DNA of 56,145 nt from Myxococcales bacterium. GTDB taxonomy: Bacteria > Myxococcota_A > Polyangia > Polyangiales > Polyangiaceae. The notes under the pieces were generated by a model. It made no database searches and was not told the DNA's origin. It saw nothing but the letters and a program-made list of their open reading frames with translations. Positions within the stretch are counted from its first letter, which is position 1. The number at the start of each line of letters is the position of its first letter. The stretch spans positions 1-56,145 of the forward strand of contig JAYTOU010000097.1 of the NCBI GenBank assembly GCA_043747615.1, written 5' to 3'. Shown piece after piece: positions 19,000-28,694 of the stretch. The translations under genes and the position numbers were made by a program.

Positions 19000-21201
19000 A
19001 TGGCTAGTCGACTCCGGCGCTTGATCTTCGGCGCACCAAAGGACGTTCACGACACCGAGGTCTTTCACAAGCTGTCGCTCGTCGCGATGCTCGCTTGGGT
19101 GGGTCTAGGCGCGGACGGGCTCTCCTCGTCGGCCTACGGTCCAGATGAGGCCTTTCGGGCCCTTGTAAAGGGCGGCGCGGCGCACGCCTCGTTGGCAGTT
19201 GGTCTGGCGTTCGGAACCGCCCTCACCGTCTTCATCATCAGCTACGCGTACTCGCGGATCATCGAAGCGTTTCCTTCGGGCGGTGGCGGGTACGTCGTAG
19301 CCACGAAGCTCCTTGGGCCGCGATTCGGCTTGGTCAGTGGCTCGGCCCTCCTCGTCGACTACGTCCTCACGATCACCATCTCCATCGCGGCCGGAGGCGA
19401 CGCCCTCTTCAGCCTGATTCCGCGAAGCTGGTTCGACCAAAAAGAAGTGTTCGCTCCCGACGGCACGCTCCAGAGCATTTTCCTCGCCAATGGCTCGACG
19501 TTGCAATCCGTCGATCTCGGAACATGGGTCGACCCCGTGCAACGCACCAAGGTGGCGATCGAGCTCGGTGCCATCGTCCTCCTCACCATCCTCAACATTC
19601 GCGGGGTGAAGGAATCGGTGACTGCGATCGTCCCCCTCTTTCTCGCCTTCGTTCTCACCCATGCCGTGCTCTTGGTCGTGGCGATTGGCGGAAGCGTCGG
19701 CCAGTTCGCGGCAGTGACTCACGAAACGGCCCTAAATTATCGAAGCACGCTCGCTTCCCTCGGCACCTTCGGGGCGCTCGCTCTTTTCGTGCGGGCCTAT
19801 TCGCTCGGCGGCGGCACGTACACGGGGATCGAGGCCGTCTCGAACGGGATCCAGATCATGCGCGAGCCCAAGGTGCGCACCGCGAAGCGGACGATGGTGC
19901 TCATGGCGTCCTCGCTGTCGATCACGGCTGGCGGAATCATTCTGGCTTATTTGCTGATGCACGTGATGCCCGTGGAAGGGCAGACGATGAACGCCGTTCT
20001 CCTGGAGAAGGTGGCCGGCGCGTGGCACGTCGGAACCTTGCCCGTCGGAAAGTGGTTCGTGCTCGTCGCGCTCGTGTCCGAGGCTGGCCTCCTCTTCATC
20101 GCTGCCCAAGCCGGATTTCTCGACGGTCCGCGGGTCATGGCCAACATGGCCGTCGACTCGTGGCTCCCTCACCGATTCGCCGCGCTCTCCGAACGACTGA
20201 GCATGCAGAACGGTGTCCTTCTGATGAGCGCCACCTCCATCGCCGCGCTCTTCTACACGCACGGCAATGTCGCCCAGCTCGTCGTCATGTACTCGATCAA
20301 CGTGTTCCTGACGTTCTCGCTCAGCAACCTGGCCATGAGCCGACACTGGATCACCGAGCGCAAGCAGGACAAGAACTGGCTCAGACACCTCCCCATCCAT
20401 CTCGTCGGTCTGGCGCTGTGTCTGACGATCCTGGTCGTCACGTGCATCGAGAAATTCGGTGACGGCGGCTGGCTGACGTTGGTGATCACTGGATTGCTCG
20501 TTGCCGTATGCCTCTACATCAAGAGCCACTACGCAAAAGTCGTCGCGGCGATTCGCCGACTCGACATCGAGCTTCCGGATCCACTCACCGATACCGAAGT
20601 GGCATTGCCGCGCATGTTGACCAGCGCTGTCCGCGCCCTCGGGAGCGACGTCGATCTCGACCCTGCTCACCCGAAGATCGACCCGGAGAAAGCTGTCGCG
20701 CTCCTCTTCGTGGGCGGCTACGGTGGTCTCGGTCGGCACGCGCTCCTCACGCTTCTTCGGATGTTTCCCGAGCACTACAAGGGCGTCGTGTTCTGCTCGA
20801 TCGCCATCGTCGACTCGGGAAACTTCAAGGGCGCCGCAGAGGTCGAGCAGCTCGAAGCGCGCACCACGGCGCAGCTCGACAAGTACGTTCGCTACGCGGC
20901 GACGCTCGGCCTACCTGCCGAAGCCGTGTTCGCGACGGGGATCGAGGTCGCTGTGGAGGCCGAGAAGATCGGCACCCAGCTCATCCAACGCTTTCCGCGG
21001 GGCCTCTTCGTTGCGGGACAGCTCATCTTCGAGGAAGACTCTACGATCAACCGAGCTCTCCACAACGAGACCGCCTTCATGATTCAGCGCAGGCTGCAGC
21101 AGGCGGGCGTGCCCATGATTGTTCTACCGGTACGCATCAACTTGAAGGCGGGAAGCGTCAGTCTGACCGGCACGAACCGCCTGACCGCCATCGACGGCTG
21201 A
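19000..21201 (+). CDS. APC-superfamily permease, KimA/YdaO-like (probable K+ transporter)
   Basis: DGLSSSAYGPDE, PSGGGGY, LLVDYVLT, TGIEAVSNG; soluble C-terminal domain; directly after kdpE. Confidence 0.8.
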   Translation: MASRLRRLIFGAPKDVHDTEVFHKLSLVAMLAWVGLGADGLSSSAYGPDEAFRALVKGGAAHASLAVGLAFGTALTVFIISYAYSRIIEAFPSGGGGYVVATKLLGPRFGLVSGSALLVDYVLTITISIAAGGDALFSLIPRSWFDQKEVFAPDGTLQSIFLANGSTLQSVDLGTWVDPVQRTKVAIELGAIVLLTILNIRGVKESVTAIVPLFLAFVLTHAVLLVVAIGGSVGQFAAVTHETALNYRSTLASLGTFGALALFVRAYSLGGGTYTGIEAVSNGIQIMREPKVRTAKRTMVLMASSLSITAGGIILAYLLMHVMPVEGQTMNAVLLEKVAGAWHVGTLPVGKWFVLVALVSEAGLLFIAAQAGFLDGPRVMANMAVDSWLPHRFAALSERLSMQNGVLLMSATSIAALFYTHGNVAQLVVMYSINVFLTFSLSNLAMSRHWITERKQDKNWLRHLPIHLVGLALCLTILVVTCIEKFGDGGWLTLVITGLLVAVCLYIKSHYAKVVAAIRRLDIELPDPLTDTEVALPRMLTSAVRALGSDVDLDPAHPKIDPEKAVALLFVGGYGGLGRHALLTLLRMFPEHYKGVVFCSIAIVDSGNFKGAAEVEQLEARTTAQLDKYVRYAATLGLPAEAVFATGIEVAVEAEKIGTQLIQRFPRGLFVAGQLIFEEDSTINRALHNETAFMIQRRLQQAGVPMIVLPVRINLKAGSVSLTGTNRLTAIDG

Positions 21202-21290
21202 CGTGGCGGTCTTGCGTGGCAGAAGCGTTTTGCCACAGGGTTACGCTGCAAAAGACGGCCTTTTTCTCCCGTAGTTCGCAACGTCCACGA

Positions 21291-21306
21291 TGGCGACCTT
21301 CTTGCT
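21291..21306 (+). promoter_or_regulatory. sigma54 -24/-12 promoter candidate
   Basis: TGGCGAC-CTTC-TTGCT (GG-N10-GC) just upstream of GTG 21319. Confidence 0.6.
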
Positions 21307-21318
21307 TCACATGGGAAG

Positions 21319-23385
21319 GTGCAGAGCGACGAGTTCGAGGGCCCGGGGCTTCTCCCGCCTGAAGATCCCGAGGCAAGGATTCTCCTCGTGGACGACCATG
21401 CGCCGAACCTCCTCGCGCTCGAGGGCGTTCTTGCCACGCTCGGTCATGGGATGGTGCGTGCATCGTCCGGCGAAGAAGCCCTGAAGCACCTCTTTGCCGC
21501 CGACTTCGCGCTCATCTTGCTGGATGTGCACATGCCCTGCATGAGTGGCTTCGACACCGCGGCGCTCATCAAGTCGCACCCCAGGCTAGCGAGCATTCCC
21601 ATCATCTTCATCACGGCCATGAGCCGCGACGCCACTCAGATCTTTCAGGGGTATGATCGCGGAGCGGTCGACTACCTACTCAAGCCGTTCGACCCTCACA
21701 TTCTGCGCTCGAAGGTCTCGGTATTCATCGACCTCTACCTGAAGACCGAAAAGATCCGAGCGCAGGCGAACCTCCTCCGCGAACAGGAGCTCGCGCTCCT
21801 CGAACAGAACAACGCGCAGCGCTACCGCCGCCTCACCGAGTGCTTACCCGTCGCAATGTGGGCCGCGGCGCCGGATGGAACGGTCTATTACTCCAATCGC
21901 GCGTGGTGCGATTACTCCGGTCAGAAAGTGGATGAGGTCGCCACATTGACCAACCACGAGCTCGTTCACGAAGATGACATTGACCAAGTCAGGGAGGCAT
22001 GGGCCGAGTCGAGGCGCGAAGGCAGCGCGTTCGAAATGGAGTACCGGCTCCGCCGAAATCTGGATGGGGCCTACCGCTGGCACCTCGGTCGCGGCGTGGC
22101 CGAGCGCGACGACCACGGCCAGATCGAAGGCTGGATCGTGACGGCGATCGACATCGACGACAAGAAAGCTGCCGCCGAGGCTCGCACCCGCCTTCTGGAG
22201 CTCGAGAAGAACGCTCGCGAGAAGTCGGACGCTGCGAATCGCACCAAAGACGAATTCTTGGCCACGCTCTCCCACGAGATCCGGACGCCATTGAATGCCA
22301 TCCTCGGCTGGGCTCAGCTCCTCCGCTCCGGCGACCTCGACGAAACAGCTTCTGCAAAGGCGCTCGAGATCATCGAACGTAACGCTCAGGCGCAAGGCCG
22401 GGTGATCGAGGATCTCCTCGACGTGCAGCGCATAGTCACCGGAAAAACGCGCCTCGTGGTGACGATGGTCGACCTGCGCACGCTCATCACTGGCGCCGTC
22501 GAGTCGATCCGGCCCGCGGCGGAAGCAAAGGGTATCAGCCTGTCTGTCGAGCTCGCAGATGTTGCGCCGGTCGACGGAGATGCGTTGCGGTTGCAGCAGG
22601 TGGTGTCCAACCTTCTGTCGAATGCCGTCAAATTCACGCCAACCGAAGGGCACGTAAAGGTCGCGCTCCTACAAGTCGAGTCAGGGGTCGAGATCCGTGT
22701 GCGCGACGACGGAGCAGGAGTGCAAGGCGACTTTCTACCGCACGTCTTCGAGCGATTCCGGCAGGGCGACAGCACGACCACGCGAACGCAGGGGGGCCTC
22801 GGTCTCGGCCTGGCGATCGTGCACCACCTCGTCACTCTTCACGGAGGGACGGTTCGCGCCGAGAGCGATGGAGTGGGCAAAGGAACGGTTTTCACGGTTC
22901 GGTTGCCCGTCCGTCGGAGCTCGGAGCGACTGCGCGCGACCGGCGCTGCCGCCCTCGTGATTCCGCCTTCACTCGTCGGGGTCGAGGTGCTGGTGGTCGA
23001 CGACGAGCTCGATGCGCGCGAGCTACTCAGAACCGTGCTCGCCAGGTCCCGTGCAACCGTGACCGTCGCGGCGTCGGCGCGCGAAGCACTCGAGTGTCTC
23101 GCGCTGCGGATGCCGAACGTGCTTGTGAGCGACATCGGGATGCCGGGAGAAGATGGCTACTCTCTCGTCAAGAAGATGAGCGCCCATGCTGCATTACAAG
23201 GCAAAATACGGCCGATCGCCGTGGCCGTGACCGCATTCGCATCGAGTGAGGATCGCGAACGCGCACTTCGCGCCGGCTTCCAGTCTCATCTCGCGAAACC
23301 GGTCGACCCCGCAGAATTAGTCCTCACGATCGCGAGTCTCGTCAGCCCAGTGGATGCGGGTGTCACCGGTGAACGTCGAGGATAG
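21319..23385 (+). CDS. Hybrid histidine kinase REC-PAS-HisKA-HATPase-REC
   Basis: LLVDD/LDVHMP, PAS (VHEDD...YRWHL), SHEIRTPL, GGLGLGL, SDIGMP. Confidence 0.93.
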   Translation: MQSDEFEGPGLLPPEDPEARILLVDDHAPNLLALEGVLATLGHGMVRASSGEEALKHLFAADFALILLDVHMPCMSGFDTAALIKSHPRLASIPIIFITAMSRDATQIFQGYDRGAVDYLLKPFDPHILRSKVSVFIDLYLKTEKIRAQANLLREQELALLEQNNAQRYRRLTECLPVAMWAAAPDGTVYYSNRAWCDYSGQKVDEVATLTNHELVHEDDIDQVREAWAESRREGSAFEMEYRLRRNLDGAYRWHLGRGVAERDDHGQIEGWIVTAIDIDDKKAAAEARTRLLELEKNAREKSDAANRTKDEFLATLSHEIRTPLNAILGWAQLLRSGDLDETASAKALEIIERNAQAQGRVIEDLLDVQRIVTGKTRLVVTMVDLRTLITGAVESIRPAAEAKGISLSVELADVAPVDGDALRLQQVVSNLLSNAVKFTPTEGHVKVALLQVESGVEIRVRDDGAGVQGDFLPHVFERFRQGDSTTTRTQGGLGLGLAIVHHLVTLHGGTVRAESDGVGKGTVFTVRLPVRRSSERLRATGAAALVIPPSLVGVEVLVVDDELDARELLRTVLARSRATVTVAASAREALECLALRMPNVLVSDIGMPGEDGYSLVKKMSAHAALQGKIRPIAVAVTAFASSEDRERALRAGFQSHLAKPVDPAELVLTIASLVSPVDAGVTGERRG

Positions 23386-23558
23386 GTGATGAAGATCAGG
23401 CTTCGGTGATCTCCATCGGCGGGAGCGTGCCGGTCAGCGCCATCTGTTGGCCGCCGGCAAATATCTGCTCATCGCCGCCGTCACATCGAGCCTCGTGTAC
23501 GTGTGCGCGCCCTTCGACGCGCTGAGCTTGGCCGCGAGACTCGGCCACGGAGGATGGC

Positions 23559-26126
23559 ATGAAGCGAACAAGCGACCACGAGAAGTTCCTCGGGCGATAC
23601 AACGAGATGCGAGACTTCGGGAACACCGAAGAGCCGTCCGGGAAGCTGCATCCCACGACGGGTGGCAACTCGTACGTGATCCAGAAGCACGCGGCCACAG
23701 CGCTCCACTTCGACTTTCGCCTCGAGCTCGACGGCGTGCTCCTGTCGTGGGCGGTGCCGAAAGGACCAAGCCTGTCGACGAAGGAGCGGCGGCTTGCCGT
23801 GCAGACCGAAGACCATCCCGTCGACTACCGAGACTTCGAAGGCACCATTCCGAAGGGCGAGTACGGCGGCGGAGCGGTGATTGTTTGGGATCGCGGGACA
23901 TGGGAGCCAATCGGCGATCCACACGAAGGATTAAAAAAAGGCAAACTAGAGTTCGTCGTCCATGGCGAGAAGCTGCACGGGAAGTTTCGCTTCATTCGCC
24001 TCGCAGCGAAGGACAATGATCGCGGCAAGAAAAATTGGCTGCTCATGAAGAGCACCGACGATCACGTGCGCCACGGGGAGGAGGGGGAGATCGTGAAACG
24101 TCAGCCGGCGAGCGTGCTCACGGGGCGAACGATCGAAGATCTCAAGAAGGGTGTTCTTGCCGTGACGAAGACGCCCCTACGCAAGGCGAAGGGCACGCCC
24201 GCGAACAGAAAAGCGATCGCTGCAAAGCTTCCACGGCCGGGCGCGACCAAAGTTCAGCTCGCAACGCTCGTCGACGCCGTCCCCACGGGCGGCGCGTGGG
24301 TCTACGAAGTGAAGTACGACGGTTACAGGGCCGTCGCAACGTTGGACGACGGCCGCGTCACGCTCACTACCCGCGGCGGGAAAGACTGGACCGACTACTT
24401 TCCCACCGTCGCCGGGGCGCTCGCCCACGTCCGCGTCAAGAACGCCGTGATGGACGGTGAGATCGCCTATGTGCTCGACGACGGTCGCACCGACTTTCAG
24501 AAATTGCAGAATGCATTGAAAGGCGGGGCGGAGGTTGGGCGCCTCGTGTACTTCCTCTTCGACCTTCTGCATTACGACGGCGTCGACCTGACCGGTGAAC
24601 CGCTCGAGGCGCGAAAGGACAAGCTGCGCACCATCCTCGCCGGAGTGAAATCGCCGCTGATGCTCGGTGCCCACCTACGGGGCGATGGCCAGGCGCTCTT
24701 CGACAAGGCGTGCGAGCTCGGACTCGAGGGCATCATCGCGAAGCGCGCGGATCGCCCCTACCGCGGCGGTCGAGGACCGGACTGGGTGAAGGTGAAGTGC
24801 CAGAGGCGGCAAGAGCTCGTGATCGTCGGGTCCACGTTGCCGAAGGGCCGACGCGCCGGCGTAGGAGCGCTACTACTCGCGGTGCGTGAGGGCATGAGCT
24901 TCCGCTACGTCGGAAAGGTCGGCACGGGATTCTCGCAGGCCTCGCTCCTCGATCTCGCCAAGCGTCTCGAGCCGCTGCGCGTCCGCGAGCCCACCGCCGA
25001 GGGCGCGCCTCGCATGCGCGATGCCCAATGGGCAAAGCCCGAGCTCGTGTGCGAGGTGCAATTCACCGAGTGGACGGAGGGCGGCGCGCTCCGACACCCC
25101 TCGTTCCAGGGCATGCGCGATGACAAAAAAGCGAGCGCGGTGATCCGCGAGAAAGAGACGCCGGTCGAGGCCGTAAACGAAGCGCCTCCGCTTCTCTCTA
25201 CGTTGGGCGCAACCAAGCTCACGCATCCGGAGCGCATCGTCGACGTCGAGACGGGCATCACGAAGAGCGACATGGCGCGCTACGTCCAAGCAATCGCGCC
25301 GCACTTCCTCGCATTCGCCGCGAAGCGCCCGCTGATGCTCGTGCGATGCAAGACCGCGTGGCCAGCGTCGTCCGAGTCGTTTGGATCGCAGGGAAGAAAG
25401 CCCGTCAAAGACAGCCCCTGCTTCGTACAAAAGCACGCGGGCCTGGGCCTCACCAACATCGGCAAGAAAGACGTGGGGACCGAAGAAGTCATCTACGTCA
25501 CGAAGCGCGAGGAGCTCTACGGGCTGGTGCAGCTCAACGCGTTCGAGCTGCATGGCTGGGGGTCACGCGTGCCAAAAATCGAGAACCCGGATTGGATCGT
25601 GCTCGACCTCGATCCCGATCCAGAGCTGCCGTTCACCCGCGTCGTCGCAGCAGCCCTCGAGCTGCGCGAGGAGCTGGCGAAGATGAAGCTGGTGAGCTTC
25701 GTGAAGACCACTGGCGGCAAGGGGCTGCACGTGGTGGTGCCGTTGACCCCAAAGGAACAGTGGCCGGTGGTCAGCGCGTTCGCGGCCGCACTCGCGCAAG
25801 CCATGGCGCAGCGCTCGCCAGACAAGTACGTCGCAACGATGACGAAGGCAGCGCGCAAGGGAAAGATCTTCGTTGATCACTTCCGCAACGGCCGTGGTGC
25901 CACCGCGATTCTTCCGTACTCGCCGCGCGCGCGTACGGGCGCACCGGTCGCCATGCCGGTCGCGTGGGATGATCTGAGGAGCGTCGATCCCCGCGCGTTC
26001 GACGTCCGCAATGTGCCCGCCATGCTGGCAAGGCGCTCGATCGACCCGTGGGCAGACCTGACGGCCACGAAGCAACTTCTGCCGCGCGCCATCGCGGATG
26101 CTCTTCGAGAAAGAGCCGCCGGCTGA
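23559..26126 (+). CDS. ligD: NHEJ DNA ligase D (phosphoesterase-ligase-polymerase)
   Basis: QKH...HFDFRLE, EDHPVDY; EVKYDGYR, EGIIAK, WVKVK; DLDP, TTGGKGLH. Confidence 0.95.
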   Translation: MKRTSDHEKFLGRYNEMRDFGNTEEPSGKLHPTTGGNSYVIQKHAATALHFDFRLELDGVLLSWAVPKGPSLSTKERRLAVQTEDHPVDYRDFEGTIPKGEYGGGAVIVWDRGTWEPIGDPHEGLKKGKLEFVVHGEKLHGKFRFIRLAAKDNDRGKKNWLLMKSTDDHVRHGEEGEIVKRQPASVLTGRTIEDLKKGVLAVTKTPLRKAKGTPANRKAIAAKLPRPGATKVQLATLVDAVPTGGAWVYEVKYDGYRAVATLDDGRVTLTTRGGKDWTDYFPTVAGALAHVRVKNAVMDGEIAYVLDDGRTDFQKLQNALKGGAEVGRLVYFLFDLLHYDGVDLTGEPLEARKDKLRTILAGVKSPLMLGAHLRGDGQALFDKACELGLEGIIAKRADRPYRGGRGPDWVKVKCQRRQELVIVGSTLPKGRRAGVGALLLAVREGMSFRYVGKVGTGFSQASLLDLAKRLEPLRVREPTAEGAPRMRDAQWAKPELVCEVQFTEWTEGGALRHPSFQGMRDDKKASAVIREKETPVEAVNEAPPLLSTLGATKLTHPERIVDVETGITKSDMARYVQAIAPHFLAFAAKRPLMLVRCKTAWPASSESFGSQGRKPVKDSPCFVQKHAGLGLTNIGKKDVGTEEVIYVTKREELYGLVQLNAFELHGWGSRVPKIENPDWIVLDLDPDPELPFTRVVAAALELREELAKMKLVSFVKTTGGKGLHVVVPLTPKEQWPVVSAFAAALAQAMAQRSPDKYVATMTKAARKGKIFVDHFRNGRGATAILPYSPRARTGAPVAMPVAWDDLRSVDPRAFDVRNVPAMLARRSIDPWADLTATKQLLPRAIADALRERAAG

Positions 26127-26199
26127 CGAAATTCAGCGCGGAGGCGGTCGATCGCGGTACGGCGTTTTTGCAACGGCCCTCAGGTCTATCGACGTCTAC

Positions 26200-26700
26200 C
26201 TAGAACGCCGCGTCTCTTGCGTCCATGCATGCGGCGCGATCGGTGCGACCGGCCAGCCAGGAGGTGATGCAGAGGTCCTCCATGTCGCCTTCCTTGATGA
26301 GCGTCCCGCCTTTGTGGTGCTCTGTCCCGCGTGCCTTTCGAATTAACGTGAGCCGCTCCGGATGCGCGCCGTGCTCGGTGACGACGGTGCTCATGAGCTC
26401 GGGCTCGAGACCGACGATGGACTGAAAATCTTGGTCATACTCAGTGTCCGTCGTGTTCGGCCGAGAGCTTGGACGACCGTCGATGCGGAGACCCTCGTGA
26501 CCGTAGAGCCTCAGATTGCGGAAGCGCGTCCCGTGGCAGTCGAGCGTGCCGCAGCGATGAACGAGGAGATCGGCAACTGGCGGGAACGAAGCGCGGTCGG
26601 GAGTGACCGCTACGCTCCGCTGGTCGGACTCGGGTGTCGAGCACGCGAAGAGAGCTGTGAGGAGCGCGGTCAGCAGTAGGAAAGCAGGCCGCGTGATCAT
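26200..26700 (-). CDS. Lipoprotein with atypical CX4CH motif (cassette 1)
   Basis: LFAC lipobox; RCGTLDCHG; distal TEHHKGG; ATGA-coupled to upstream gene. Confidence 0.75.
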   Translation of the reverse strand: MITRPAFLLLTALLTALFACSTPESDQRSVAVTPDRASFPPVADLLVHRCGTLDCHGTRFRNLRLYGHEGLRIDGRPSSRPNTTDTEYDQDFQSIVGLEPELMSTVVTEHGAHPERLTLIRKARGTEHHKGGTLIKEGDMEDLCITSWLAGRTDRAACMDARDAAF

Positions 26701-27194
26701 GGCGTAACTCCTCCATCCGGTATGTAGACGTGGCCGGCGGACGTGGTTCCCGCGGGATCGGTGTGGCAAGTCGCGCACGAGCCTGCGCGCCCGATCGGCG
26801 AATCCATCTTCGCCTCCGTTCCCTGATAGGTGACGGTCACCAACATCGGATACACGGGCTGGTATTCGCCCGCCGACAGGTAGAAGTTGCCGGCGCTATT
26901 CGTGACCTTCGTGAAGGCCGGGCTCCCGTCAGAGCTGCGCAGCGTGACGGCGGCGCCGGCGGCGGGCGTCAGCGAATCTGCGTTCTCGAAGATCGTCCCG
27001 GCAACTGTGAACCGCGGCGGGTTTCCGAACGTTCCATCGTGGCACTCGAGGCACGGCTGACCGGACCGATGGAGCGGCCCCGGATTGACGCCGTTGACCT
27101 CAGGACCGAGCGCGTCGACAGCGTTGCCGTGGACTGGGTCACACGCGTTCACGACCCCCGCGAGCCCGACCACAAGAGCGAGCGCTAGCCTCAT
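26697..27194 (-). CDS. Diheme c-type cytochrome lipoprotein (cassette 1)
   Basis: VNAC lipobox-like; CLECH and CATCH flanking a carboxypeptidase-regulatory-like segment (FTVAGTIF...TNSAGNFYL). Confidence 0.8.
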   Translation of the reverse strand: MRLALALVVGLAGVVNACDPVHGNAVDALGPEVNGVNPGPLHRSGQPCLECHDGTFGNPPRFTVAGTIFENADSLTPAAGAAVTLRSSDGSPAFTKVTNSAGNFYLSAGEYQPVYPMLVTVTYQGTEAKMDSPIGRAGSCATCHTDPAGTTSAGHVYIPDGGVTP

Positions 27195-28375
27195 AGCTGT
27201 ACCTCCAGCGAAATGACTCCGAGCGCCGAGGCCCGCTGCGTCAAGTAAAGATCGTCGAGATATTGCGTCGTGGTGAGACCGAGATCGAAACCGAGGACGC
27301 TCGATCGCGGATTCGCCATCGAGCCGAGACCGATCCGAAGACTCCCACCGCCGGTGAGCCCGACGAGGGGCCCGAGTTCCCGATCGCCGGTGCGCAGAGC
27401 AGGAAAATCGAAACCCGGCTTCATGACGTAGGTGCGCTGCCAGAAGTCGACTGCCGTTTGCACGTGGAGGCGCACGTGTGGGCCGGCCTCCACGCGGCGT
27501 CCGAAGTCGAAGATCCAGCGGGTGTCCGTCGTCGATGCCTTGAGGCCCCACGTGTCGACGTACGCGCGCTGGTCGACGCGTAACGTCGACAGACCGAAGC
27601 GATGCGCAACACGCCCGGCGAGCGCGTAGCGATCGCGGGTCAGCGGGAGCTGCTCGAGAGGCCGCGCTGAGAGTCGCTGCTGAGTGACGACGTCGATGGA
27701 TGCGCCGCGCGGAAGGTTCGTGCCGGGCGCGAACATCGGGACGTAGCGATAGGGCTTCGACGGGTCGCCATGCTCGATGCCGACGTCGCCGACGACGGAT
27801 AGGATCGTCGCGCGATCGAGGACGAGCGTGACGCCGCCCTTGATCCCGTCGCGATCGAGCGTCCGCGAAAAGATCGAAAACGGCGTGACGGTGCGGCCTG
27901 CGACGTCGTGGCCATGGCTGTATCCAAGAAGGAGCGTCAGGTTCTTCGAAAGGAGATCCTGAGTGACGGACCCGCCGGCCGTGAGCGACAGGTAGTCCGG
28001 CTCGCTCGAGATGTTGGCGGTCGCAGCCACTCCGAGATTACCTGGTTTGTAGGCCCCGTCGACGGCTCCGACGTGGCGTACTTCCTCCCAGCGGCGGGAC
28101 GCAGTGGACACGATGTCGACCGACGCCGCGGAGACGACGTCGACGAGGTAGCGGCCACCGACACTCCAGCCCGCAGTCGGGTTGGAGACGTTTCCAGCGA
28201 CGGTCGGCGAGACGACGAAGACGTGATCGGTATCCGCGTAGGTCGCGACTTCGCTCGATGCGCGAACATCGACGTTGCGGACCTGCGGTGGAGCTTCGTC
28301 CTCTGCGTGCGCGACACCGACGGACGCGAGGATGCCCAGCACTGCGACGAGCAGCCGGCGCGCCGTCAATTGCAT
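27191..28375 (-). CDS. DUF3570-like outer-membrane beta-barrel (cassette 1)
   Basis: Signal peptide AHA-E; VDVVSAASVD, SSEPDYLS, YVDTWG, TGDREL; follows a DUF4266-like ORF. Confidence 0.82.
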   Translation of the reverse strand: MQLTARRLLVAVLGILASVGVAHAEDEAPPQVRNVDVRASSEVATYADTDHVFVVSPTVAGNVSNPTAGWSVGGRYLVDVVSAASVDIVSTASRRWEEVRHVGAVDGAYKPGNLGVAATANISSEPDYLSLTAGGSVTQDLLSKNLTLLLGYSHGHDVAGRTVTPFSIFSRTLDRDGIKGGVTLVLDRATILSVVGDVGIEHGDPSKPYRYVPMFAPGTNLPRGASIDVVTQQRLSARPLEQLPLTRDRYALAGRVAHRFGLSTLRVDQRAYVDTWGLKASTTDTRWIFDFGRRVEAGPHVRLHVQTAVDFWQRTYVMKPGFDFPALRTGDRELGPLVGLTGGGSLRIGLGSMANPRSSVLGFDLGLTTTQYLDDLYLTQRASALGVISLEVQL

Positions 28376-28578
28376 CCGCAGCCGCCTCCGGCCTCGAATC
28401 CGCCGCCGACGGCGCCCTCTTGGACCGAGCGCATGTGCTCTTCGCCGGGGCCTGCGAGATCCGCGGTTGTCATCGTGGGGTGTGCGAGCTTCGATCGATC
28501 GTACGCCGCGACGCTGCTGCACCCGAACAGACCGTTCGATGCTGCGAGCGCGAACAAGAAAGAGATGAGGGTGCGCAC
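28366..28578 (-). CDS. DUF4266-like small lipoprotein (cassette 1)
   Basis: LFGC lipobox; YDRSKLA...EGAVGGGFEAGGGCGCN C-terminus; GTG start inferred. Confidence 0.85.
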   Translation of the reverse strand: MRTLISFLFALAASNGLFGCSSVAAYDRSKLAHPTMTTADLAGPGEEHMRSVQEGAVGGGFEAGGGCGCN

Positions 28579-28625
28579 GATACGACTAGACCATAGGGCT
28601 AGTGCTCCCGCGGGTAGGTAATCAG

Positions 28626-28642
28626 GCAAAAATCGTTTTTGC
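28626..28642. promoter_or_regulatory. Palindromic operator-like site in divergent intergenic region
   Basis: GCAAAAA-TCG-TTTTTGC, perfect 7-bp arms. Confidence 0.5.
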
Positions 28643-28694
28643 TGATGATCTGCCTCGTACTTTCTTGTGAGCCACGGTCGCGCTACAGAGACGA

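Noticed and set aside
21216..21236. Hairpin GTGGCAGAAGCGTTTTGCCAC after the permease
   Set aside because: No U-tract follows; cannot distinguish terminator, operator or chance
23396..23558. Possible ku remnant or small ORF upstream of ligD
   Set aside because: No Ku-like motif in the ORF translations covering this region
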